Part shown: piece after piece, positions 24,611 through 37,500 of the stretch
Position numbering within the stretch: position 1 is the stretch's first letter
Layout of the letters: each line of letters begins with the position of its first letter
Origin: Antedon mediterranea
Taxonomy: Eukaryota; Animalia; Echinodermata
DNA: 64,000 nucleotides
NCBI RefSeq assembly: GCF_964355755.1
Contig: NC_092677.1
Location: 8,578,101 to 8,642,100, forward strand
Direction: 5' to 3'
Notes under the pieces: generated by a model
Databases searched by the model: none
Told to the model about the DNA's origin: nothing
What the model saw: the letters and a program-made list of their open reading frames with translations, nothing else
Translations under genes and position numbers: made by a program

Positions 24611-25034
24611 TTAACCATTTATTTTGTTATTTTATAGGTGAAAACATTATTTTATTTCTATGGAAGTGATCAAATTTATTAAAACTACAAAATAACCTAT
24701 TTAAAGTCTGATTAAATTGATATTAATATTCCTTGTTTTGGGGGGACAATACATCTTTAAGTTGCTTTTGGAATAAAAAATAAATTCAAGTTAAAGCGTG
24801 TTCACATTTGCTTGATAAAATTTTAAATCATCCTTTCTAGCTAGTCTCAGTCTCTACCTCTGCTCCGAGGATCTATCTGCGTTTTGAACCAGTCAACATC
24901 TTCATTGTTCCTATTTGCATATTTAGAAATAGTACATTTAATAAAAGTTGCACACTGTTATATTTATAAATCTTTGTAACAATGAAAATTTCAGAAAGTT
25001 TAGCATTTTGAAAAACGAGAAGAAATGAGTTGAC

Positions 25035-25105
25035 AGCCCAGTTCAACCTAGTTCAGTCCAGTTCGACCTAGTTTCAGTCCAGTTCGACCTAGTTTCAGTC
25101 CAGTT
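25035..25105. repeat. Minisatellite, ~21 bp x 3+
   Basis: CAGTCCAGTTCGACCTAGTTT repeated. Confidence 0.8.
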
Positions 25106-25572
25106 TGAATAATTAATACCTAGTTCAACACAATTATACTGAAACATTGCGAAACATTGGATCGAATGTAGCCATATTTTTTCTCCTCACAATATTTTTC
25201 TTATCAATGAACTGCTTCCTGTGTTCTTGACACTTGTATAACAACGTTAACTTATTTTTATTTTTTTTCTTTAATGTGTTTTAAACCACAATAGTTTTTA
25301 GACCGAAGCGCCCTCTAATTTAACGTTGATATAAAAAAAAAATATGTTTTTTGTTATTTGAATACAGTATTACTATTATTAAAGCATTATGTTCAGCTGG
25401 TACTATCTTTCAGGTTTGATGGTCTATGGTTATCCTGTCCCTGTGAAGACACTTTTACAGCTTCCGGCATAGATGTTTTGTGTTCATGATCGGGTGTTTC
25501 ATTCAGTTATGATTAAAATGTTCATTTATTTTTTATTAATTTTTATCCCTCACTCCAAAAAAAAAAATTTAA

Positions 25573-28500
25573 TTTACAATACATTGAAAATAAGTACAAA
25601 AATGTGTCTGCGTGTTTACCACATTACATCATCACAAAACATTGAAAATAAATAAATATTTAAAAATGTGTCTGTGTCTTTATTTCAATACATAATCACA
25701 ATACATTGAAAATAAAAAATATTTAAAAATGTGTCTGTCTTTATTTCAATACATCATCACAATACATTGAGAATAAATGAATAAATAAGAAAAATGTGTA
25801 TGTGTCTTTATTTCAATACATCATCACAATACATTGAGAATAAAAAATTAAGAAAAATGTGTCTGTGTCTTTATTTCAATACATCATCACAATACATTGA
25901 GAATAAATAAATATTTAAAAATGTGTCTTTGTCTTTATTTCAATACATTACAATACATTGAGAATAATTAAATATTGAAAAATGTGTCTGTGTCTTTATT
26001 TCAATACATCATCACAATACAGTGAGAATAAATGAATAAGAAAAATGTGTCGGTGTCTTTATTTCAATACATCATCATTGAGAATAAATAAATATTGTAA
26101 AATGTGTCTGTGTGTTTCCCGAAACCTAGAAATACCGGAATGGTGTCCGGCGGGGGATAGTTTTACCATGTAGTTTAAGTTGTTAGCCGAAACAGTTCAA
26201 TTCATTTCAAAGTAAATGTTTTTTATATATTTACAAATCATGATAAATTTACTTGCTCATTCACAAAACATTGAAAAAATAATAAATATTGAAAATGTGT
26301 CTGTGTTTTATTTCAATACATCATTCACAATACATTGAAAATAAATAAATATTAAAAAATGTGTATGTGTCTTTATTTCAATACATCATCACAATACATT
26401 GAGAATAAATTAATATTAAAAAATGTGTCTCTGTCTCTTTTTCAATATATCATCACAATACATTGAGAATAAATAAATAAGAAAAATGTGTCTGTGTCTT
26501 TATTTCAATACATCATTACAATACATTGAAAATAAATAAATATTGAAAAATGTGTATGTGTCTTTATTTCAATACATCATCACAATACATTGAGAATAAA
26601 TTAATATTAAAAAATGTGTCTGTGTCTTTATTTCAATACATCATCACAATACATTGAGAATAAAAGAATATTTAAAAATGCGTCTGTGTCTTTATTTCAA
26701 TACATCATCACAATACATAGAGAATAAATGAATAAGAAAAATGTGTTTGTGTCTTTATTTCAATACATCATCACAATACATTGAGAATAAATAAATATTT
26801 AAAAATGTGTCTTTGTCTTTATTTCAATACATTACAATACATTGAGAATAATTAAATATTGAAAAATGTGTCTGTGTCTTTTTTTCAATACATCATCACA
26901 ATACAGTGAGAATAAATGAATAAGAAAAATGTGTCTGTGTCTTTATTTCAATACATCTTCATTGAGAATAAATAAATATTGTAAAATGTGTCTGTGTGTT
27001 TCCCGAAACCTTGAAATACCTGAATGGGTGTCCGGCGGGGGATAGTTTTACCATGTAGTTTAAGTTGTTAGCCGAAACAGTTCAATTCATTTCAAAGTAA
27101 ATGTTTTTTATATATTTACAAATCATGATAAATTTTCTTGCTCATTCACAAAACATTGAAAAAATAATAAATATTGAAAATGTGTCTGTTTTATTTCAAT
27201 ACATCATTCACAATACATTGAAAATAAATAAATATTAAAAAATGTGTGTGTGTCTTTATTTCAATATATCATCACAATAAATTGAGAATAAAAAAATATT
27301 AAAAAATGTGTCTGTGTCTTTATTTCATTACAACATCACAATACATAGAGAATAAATGAATAAGAAAAATGTGTCTTTTTCTTTATTTCAATACATCATC
27401 ACAATACATTGAGAATAAATAAATATTTAAAAATGTGTCTGTGTCTTTATTTCAATACATCATCACAATACAGTGAGAATAAATGAATAAGAAAAATGTG
27501 TCTATGTCTTTATTTCAATACATCTTCATTGAGAATAAATAAATATTGTAAAATGTGTCTGTGTGTTTCCCGAAACCTTGAAATACCGGAATGGTGTCCG
27601 GCGGGGGATAGTTTTACCATGTAGTTTAAGTTGTTAGCCGAAACAGTTCAATTCATTTCAAAGTAAATGTTTTTTATATATTTACAAATCATGATAAATT
27701 TACTTGCTCATTCACAAAACATTGAAAAAATAATAAATATTGAAAATGTGTCTGTGTTTTATTTCAATACATCATTCACAATACATTGAAAATAAATAAA
27801 TATTAAAAAATGTGTGTGTGTCTTTATTTCAATACATCATCACAATACATTGAGAATAAATGAATATTAAAAAATGTGTCTGTATCTTTATTTCAATACA
27901 TCATCACAATACATTGAGAATAAAAAAATATTTAAAAATGTGTCTGTGTCTTTATTTCATTACATCATCACAATACATAGAGAATAAATGAATAAGAAAA
28001 ATGTGTTTGTGTCTTTATTTCAATACATCATCACAATACATTGAGAATAAATAAATATTTAAAAATGTGTCTTTGTCTTTATTTCAATACATTACAATAC
28101 ATTGAGAATAATTAAATATTGAAAAATGTGTCTGTGTCTTTATTTATATACATCATCACAATACAGTGAGAATAAATGAATAAGAAAAATGTGTCTGTGT
28201 CTTTATTTCAATACATCTTCATTGAGAATAAATAAATATTGTAAAATGTGTCTGTGTGTTTCCCGAAACCTTGAAATACCGGAATGGGTGTCCGGCGGGG
28301 GATAGTTTTACCATGTAGTTTAAGTTGTTAGCCGAAACAGTTCAATTCATTTCAAAGTAAATGTTTTTTATATATTTACAAATCATGATAAATTTTCTTG
28401 CTCATTCACAAAACATTGAAAAAATAATAAATATTGAAAATGTGTCTGTGTTTTATTTCAATACATCATTCACAATACATTGAAAATAAATAAATATTAA

Positions 28501-31500
28501 AAAATGTGTGTGTGTTTTTATTTCAATACATCATCACAATACATTGAGAATAAAAAAATATTAAAAAATGTGTCTGTGTCTTTATTTCATTACAACATCA
28601 CAATACATAGAGAATAAATGAATAAGAAAAATGTGTCTTTGTCTTTATTTCAATACATCATCACAATACATTGAGAATAAATAAATATTTAAAAATGTGT
28701 CTGTGTCTTTATTTCAATAAATCATCACAATACAGTGAGAATAAATGAATAAGAAAAATGTGTCTATGTCTTTATTTCAATACATCTTCATTGAGAATAA
28801 ATAAATATTGTAAAATGTGTCTGTGTGTTTCCCGAAACCTTGAAATACCGGAATGGTGTCCGGCGGGGGATAGTTTTACCATGTAGTTTAAGTTGTTAGC
28901 CGAAACAGTTCAATTCATTTCAAAGTAAATGTTTTTTATACTATTTACAAATCATGATAAATTTACTTGCTCATTCACAAAACATTGAAAAAATAATAAA
29001 TATTGAAAATGTGTCTGTGTTTTATTTCAATACATCATTCACAATACATTGAAAATAAATAAATATTAAAAAATGTGTGTGTGTCTTTATTTAAATACAT
29101 CATCACAATACATTGAGAATAAATTAATATTAAAAAATGTGTCTGTATCTTTATTTCAATACATCATCACAATACATTGAGAATAAAAAAATATTTAAAA
29201 ATGTGTCTGTGTCTTTATTTCATTACATCATCACAATACATAGAGAATAAATGAATAAGAAAAATGTGTTTGTGTCTTTATTTCAATACATCATCACAAT
29301 ACATTGAGAATAAATAAATATTTAAAAATGTGTCTTTGTCTTTATTTCAATACATTACAATACATTGAGAATAATTAAATATTGAAAAATGTGTCTGTGT
29401 CTTTATTTATATACATCATCACAATACAGTGAGAATAAATGAATAAGAAAAATGTGTCTGTGTCTTTATTTCAATACATCTTCATTGAGAATAAATAAAT
29501 ATTGTAAAATGTGTCCGTGTGTTTCCCGAAACCTTGAAATACCGGAATGGTGTCCGGCGGGGGATAGTTTTACCATGTAGTTTAAGTTGTTAGCCGAAAC
29601 AGTTCAATTCATTTCAAAGTAAATGTTTTTTATATATTTACAAATCATGATAAATTTACTTGCTCATTCACAAAACATTGAAAAAATAATAAATATTGAA
29701 AATGTGTCTGTGTTTTATTTCAATACATCATTCACAATACATTGAAAATAAATAAATATTAAAAAATGTGTATGTGTCTTTATTTCAATACATCATCACA
29801 ATACATTGAGAATAAATTAATATTAAAAAATGTGTCTGTGTCTTTATTTCAATACATTGAGAATTAAAAAATGTGTCTGTGTCTTTATTTCATTACATCA
29901 TCACAATACATAGAGAATAAATGAATAAGAAAAATGTTTCTGTGTCTTTATTTCAAAACATCATCACAATACATTGAGAATAAATATATATTTAAAAATG
30001 TGTCTGTGTCTATTTTAATACATCATCACAATACATTAAGAATAAATAAATAAGAAAAATGTGTTTGTGTCTTTATTTCAATACATCATCACAATACATA
30101 TAGAATAAATAAATATTTAAAAATGTGTCTGTGTCTTTATTTCAATACATCATCACAATATATTGAGAATAAATAAATATTTAAAAATGTGTCTGTGTCT
30201 TTATTTCAATATATCATCACAATACATTGAGAATAAATAAATAAGAAAAATGTGTTTGTGTCTTTATTTCAATACATCATCACAATACATTGAGAATAAA
30301 AAAATATTAAAAAATGTGCCTGTGTCTTTATTTCATTACATCATCACAATACATAAAGAATAAATGAATAAGAAAAATGTTTCTGTGTCTTTATTTCAAA
30401 ACATCATCACAATACATTGAGAATAAATAAATATTTAAAAATGTGTCTGTGTCTATTTTAATACATCATCACAATACATTGAGAATAAATAAATAAGAAA
30501 AATGTGTTTGTGTCTTTATTTCAATACATCATCACAATACATTGAAAATAAATATTTAAAAATGTGTCTGTGTCTTTATTTCTATACATCATCACAATAC
30601 ATTGAAAATAAATAAATATTGAAAAATGTATATGTGTCTTTATTTCAATACATCATCACAATACATTGAGAATAAAAACTTTAAAAAAATGTGTCTCTGT
30701 CTTTATTTCAATTCATCATCACAATACATTGAGAATAAATAAATATTGAAAAATGTGTCTGTGTCTTTATTTCAATATATCATCACAATACATTGAGAAT
30801 AAATAAATATTGAAAAATGTGTCTGTCTTTATTTCAATACATCATTACAATACATTGAGAATAAATAAATATTGAAAAATGTGTCTGAGTCTTTATTTCT
30901 ATACATCATCACAATACATTGAGAATAAATAAATATTTAAAAATGTGTCTGTGTCTTTATTTCAATACATCATTCACAATACATTGAAAATAAATAAATA
31001 TTAAAAAATTTGTATGTGTCTTTATTTCAATACATCATCACAATACATTGAGAATAAATTAATATTAAAAAATGTGTCTGTGTCTTTATTTCAATACATT
31101 GAGAATTAAAAAATGTGTCTGTGTCTTTATTTCATTACATCATCACAATACATAGAGAATAAATGAATAAGAAAAATGTTTCTGTGTCTTTATTTCAAAA
31201 CATCATCACAATACATTGAGAATAAATAAATATTTAAAAATGTGTCTGTGTCTATTTTAATACATCATCACAATACATTGAAAATATATAAATAAGAAAA
31301 ATGTGTTTGTGTCTTTATTTCAATACATCATCACAATACATTGAGAATAAATAAATATTTAAAAATGTGTCTGTGTCTTTATTTCAATACATCATCACAA
31401 TATATTGAGAATAAATAAATATTTAAAAATGTGTCTGTGTCTTTATTTCAATACATCATCACAATACATTGAGAATAAATAAATAAGAAAAATGTGTTTG

Positions 31501-34500
31501 TGTCTTTATTTCAATACATCATCACAATACATTGAGAATAAATAAATATTTAAAAATGTGTCTGTGTCTTTATTTCTATACATCATCAATTCAATTCAAT
31601 TCAAGGAACATTTATTCACGTCCAAAAGACAAAAGTAACAAAAACAAAATGGCAAGTGATAAAACAAGAAAATGGACGAAGGCAAATCCCAAAAAGATTA
31701 CAATCTTGTGACGGGATTGCCTTTACAAAATATTTAAATAAGAGAAGAAAAAAAAAAAAAAATATATAAATAAAGAAAATAAATTAATTAGACAATAAAG
31801 AAATACAAAATATATATATCACAATACATTGAGAATAAATAAGTAAGAAAAATGTGTCTGTGCCTTTATTTCATTACATCATCACAATACATAGAGAATA
31901 ATGAATAAGAAAAATGTGTTTGTGTCTTTATTTCAATACATTACAATACATTGAGAATAATTAAATATTGAAAAATGTGTCTGTGTCTTTATTTCAATTC
32001 ATCATCACAATACAGTGAGAATAAATGAATAAGAAAAATTTGTCTGTGTCTTTATTTCAATACATCATTGAGAATAAATAAATATTGTAAAATGTGTCTG
32101 TGTGTTTCCCGAAACCTAGAAATACCGGAATGGTGTCCGGCGGGGGATAGTTTTACCATGTAGTTTAAGTTGTTAGCCGAAACAGTTCAATTCATTTCAA
32201 AGTAAATGTTTTTTTATATTTACAAATCATGATAAATTTACTTGCTCATTCACAAAACATTGAAAAAATAATAAATATTTAAAATGTGTCTGTTTTATTT
32301 CAATACATCATTCACAATACATTGAAAATAAATAAATATTAAAAAAAGGTGTATGTGTCTTTATATCAATACATCATCACAATACATTGAGAATAAAATT
32401 AATATTAAAAAATGTGTCTATGTCTTTATTTCAATACATCATCACAATACATTGAGAATAAAAAAATATTAAAAAATGTGTCTGTGTCTTTATTTCATTA
32501 CATCATCACAATACATTGAGAATAAATAAATATTTAAAAATGTGTCTGTGTCTATTTTAATACATAATCACCATACATTGAGAATAAATAAATAAGAAAA
32601 ATGTGTTTGTGTCTTTATTTCAATACATCATCTCAATACATTGAGAATGAATAAATATTGAAAAATGTGTCTGTGTCTATTTTAATACATCATCACAATA
32701 CATTGAGAATAAATAAATAAGAAAAATGTGTTTGTGTCTTTATTTCAATACATCATCACAATACATTGAGAATAAATAAATATTTAAAAATGTGTCTGTG
32801 TCTTTATTTCTATACATCATCACAATACATTGAGAATAAATAAATAAGAAAAATGTGTTTGTGTCTTTATTTCAATACATCATCACAATACATTGAGAAT
32901 AAATAAATATTTAAAAATGTGTCTGTGTCTTTATTTCTATACATCATCACAATACATTGAGAATAAATAAGTAAGAAAAACGTGTCTGTGCCTTTATTTC
33001 ATTACATCATCACAATACATAGAGAATAAATGAATAAGAAATATGTGTTTGTGTCTTTATTTCAATACATTACAATACATTGAGAATAATTAAATATTGA
33101 AAAATGTGTCTGTGTCTTTATTTCAATTCATCATCACAATACAGTGAGAATAAATGAATAAGAAAAATGTGTCTATGTCTTTATTTCAATACATCTTTGA
33201 GAATAAATAAATATTGTAAAATGTGTCTGTGTGTTTCCCGAAACCTAGAAATACCAGAATGGTGTCCGGCGGGGGATAGTTTTACCATGTAGTTTAAGTT
33301 GTTAGCCGAAACAGTTCAATTCATTTCAAAGTAAATGTTTTTTATATATTTACAAATCATGATAAATTTACTTGCTCATTCACAAAACATTGAAAAAATA
33401 ATAAATATTGAAAATGTGTCTGTTTTATTTCAATACATCATTCACAATACATTGAAAATAAATAATTATTAAAAAAAGGTGTATGTGTCTTTATATCAAT
33501 ACATCATCACAATACATTGAGAATAAATTAATATTAAAAAATGTGTCTATGTCTTTATTTCAATACATCATCACAATACATTGAGAATAAAAAAATATTA
33601 AAAAATGTGTCTGTGTCTTTATTTCATTACATCATCACAATACATTGAGAATAAATAAATATTTAAAAATGTGTCTGTGTCTATTTTAATACATAATCAC
33701 CATACATTGAGAATAAATAAATAAGAAAAATGTGTTTGTGTCTTTATTTCAATACATCATCACAATACATTGAGAATAAATAAATATTGAAAAATGTGTA
33801 TGTGTCTTTATTTCAATACATCATCACAATACATTGAGAATAAAAAATTAAAAAAAATGTGTCTCTGTCTTTATTTCAATTCATTATCACAATACATTGA
33901 GAATAAATAAATATTGAAAAATGTGTCTGTGTCTTTATTTCAATACATCATCACAATACATTGAGAATAAATAAATATTGAAAAATGTGTCTGTCTTTAT
34001 TTCAATACATCATTACAATACATTGAGAATAAATAAATATTGAAAAATGTGTCTGAGTCTTTATTTCTATACATCATCACAATACATTGAGAATAAATAA
34101 ATATTTAAAAATGTGTCTGTGTCTTTATTTCAATACATCATCACAATACATTGAGAATAAATAAATATTTTAAAATGTGTCTTTGTCTTTATTTCAATAC
34201 ATTACAATACATTGAGAATAATTAAATATTGAAAAATGTGTCGGTGTCTTTATTTCAATACATCATCACAATACAGTGAGAATAAATGAATAAGAAAAAT
34301 GTGTCTGTGTCTTTATTTCAATACATCATTGAGAATAAATAAATATTGTAAAATGTGTCTGTGTGTTTCCCGAAACCTAGAAATACCGGAATGGTGTCCG
34401 GCGGGGGATAGTTTTACCATGTAGTTTAAGTTGTTAGCCGAAACAGTTCAATTCATTTCAAAGTAAATGTTTTTTATATATTTACAAATCATGATAAATT

Positions 34501-37500
34501 TACTTGCTCATTCACAAAACATTGAAAAAATAATAAATATTGAAAATGTGTCTGTGTTTTATTTCAATACATCATTCACAATACATTGAAAATAAATAAA
34601 TATTAAAAAATGTGTATGTGTCTTTATTTCAATACATCATCACAATACATTGAGAATAAATTAATATTAAAAAATGTGTCTGTGTCTTTATTTCAATACA
34701 TTGAGAATTAAAAAATGTGTCTGTGTCTTTATTTCATTACATCATCACAATACATAGAGAATAAATGAATAAGAAAAATGTTTCTGTGTCTTTATTTCAA
34801 AACATCATCACAATACATTGAGAATAAATAAATATTTAAAAATGTGTCTGTGTCTATTTTAATACATCATCACAATACATTGAGAATAAATAAATAAGAA
34901 AAATGTGTTTGTGTCTTTATTTAAATACATCATCACAATACATTGAGAATAAATAAATATTTAAAAATGTGTCTGTGTCTTTATTTCAATACATCATCAC
35001 AATATATTGAGAATAAATAAATATTTAAAAATGTGTCTGTGTCTTTATTTCAATACATCATCACAATACATTGAGAATAAATAAATATTGAAAAATGTGT
35101 CTGTCTTTATTTCAATACATCATTACAATACATTGAGAATAAATAAATATTGAAAAATGTGTCTGAGTCTTTATTTCTATACATCATCACAATACATTGA
35201 GAATAAATAAATATTTAAAAATGTGTCTTTGTCTTTATTTCAATACATTACAATACATTGAGAATAATTAAATATTGAAAAATGTGTCTGTGTCTTTATT
35301 TCAATACATCATCACAATACATTGAGAATAAATAAATATTGAAAAATGTGTCTGTGTCTTTATTTCAAAACATCATCATTGAGAATAAATAAATATTGTA
35401 AAATGTGTCTATGTGTTTCCCGAAACCTTGAAATACCGGAATGGTGTCCGGCGGGGGATAGTTTTACCATGTAGTTTAAGTTGTTAGCCGAAACATTTCA
35501 ATTCATTTCAAAGTAAATGTTTTTTATATATTTACAAATCATGATAAATTTACTTGCTCATTCACAAAACATTGAAAAAAATAATAAATATTGAAAATGT
35601 GTCTGTGTTTTATTTCAATACATCATTCACAATACATTGAAAATAAATAAATATTAAAAAAATGTGTATGTGTCTTTATTTCAATACCTCATCACAATAC
35701 ATTGAGAATAAATTAATATTAAAAAATGTGTCTGTGTCTTTATTTCAATACATTGAGAATAAAAAAATATTAAAAAATGTGTCTGTGTCTTTATTTCATT
35801 ACATCATCACAATACATAGAGAATAAATGAATAAGAAAAATGTTTCTGTGTCTTTATTTCAAAACATCATTACAATACATTGAGAATAAATAAATATTTA
35901 AAAATGTGTCTGTGTCTATTTTAATACATCATCACAATACATTGAGAATAAATAAATAAGAAAAATGTGTTTGTGTCTTTATTTCAATACATCATCACAA
36001 TACATTGAGAATAAATAAATATTTAAAAATGTGTCTGTGTCTTTATTTCTATACATCATCACAATACATTGAGAATAAATAAGTAAGAAAAATGTGTCTG
36101 TGTCTTTATTTCATTACATCATCACAATACATAGAGAATAAATGAATAAGAAAAATTTGTCTGTGTCTTTATTTCAATACATCATTACAATACATTGAGA
36201 ATAAATAAATAAATAAGAAAAATGTGTCTGTGTCTTTATTTCAATACATCATCACAATACATTGAGAATAAATAAATAAGAAAACTGTGTTTGTGTCTTT
36301 ATTTCAATACCTCATCACAATACATTGAGAATAAATAAATATTGAAAAATGTGTCTGTGTCTTTATTTCAATACATCATTCACAATACATTGAGAATAAA
36401 TAAATAAGAAAAATGTGTCTGTGTCTTTATTTCAATACATCATCACAATACATTGAGAATAAATAAATATTGAAAAATGTGTCTGTGTCTTTATTTCAAT
36501 ACATCATCACAATACATTGAGAATAAAAAATTAAGAAAAATGTGTCTGTGTCTTTATTTCAATACATCATCACAATACATAGAGAATAAATAAATATTTA
36601 AAAATGTGTCTGTGTCTTTATTTCAATACATTACAATACATTGAGAATAATTAAATATTGAAAAATGTGTCTGTGTCTTTATTTCAATACATCATCACAA
36701 TACAGTGAGAATAAATGAATAAGAAAAATGTGTCTGTGTCTTTATTTCAATACATCATCACAATACATTGAGAATAAAAAATTAAAAAAAATGTGTCTCT
36801 GTCTTTATTTCAATTCATTATCACAATACATTGAGAATAAATAAATATTGAAAAATGTGTCTTTGTCTTTATTTCAATACATCATCACAATACATTGAGA
36901 ATAAATAAATATTGAAAAATGTGTCTGTCTTTATTTCAATACATCATTACAATACATTGAAAATAAATAAATATTGAAAAATGTGTCTGAGTCTTTATTT
37001 CAATACATCATCACAATACATTGAGAATAAATAAATATTTAAAAATGTGTCTGTGTCTTTATTTCAATACATCATCACAATACATTGAGAATAAATAAAT
37101 ATTTAAAAATGTGTCTTTGTCTTTATTTCAATACATTGAGAATAATGAAATATTGAAAAATGTGTCGGTGTCTTTATTTCAATACATCATCACAATACAT
37201 TGAAAATAAATAAATATTGAAAAATGTGTATGTGTCTTTATTTCAATACATCATCACAATACATTGAGAATAAAAAATTTAAAAAAATGTGTCTTTGTCT
37301 TTATTTCAATACATCATTCACAATACATTGAGAATAAATAAATAAAAAAATGTGTCTGTGTCTTTATTTCAATACATCATCACAATACATTGAGAATAAT
37401 TAAATATTGAAAAATGTTTCTGTGTCTTTATTTCAATACATCATCACAATACAGTGAGAATAAATGAATAAGAAAAATGTGTCTGTGTGTTTATTTCAAT

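Noticed and set aside
26126-26166. GT...AG mini-intron in the cassette (minus strand)
   Set aside because: Only 41 nt, and the AG is lost in the CCTTG allele.
26114-26256. Hammerhead ribozyme or CENP-B box in the cassette
   Set aside because: Two CGAAAC motifs but no CUGANGA on either strand; no match to the 17-bp CENP-B box.
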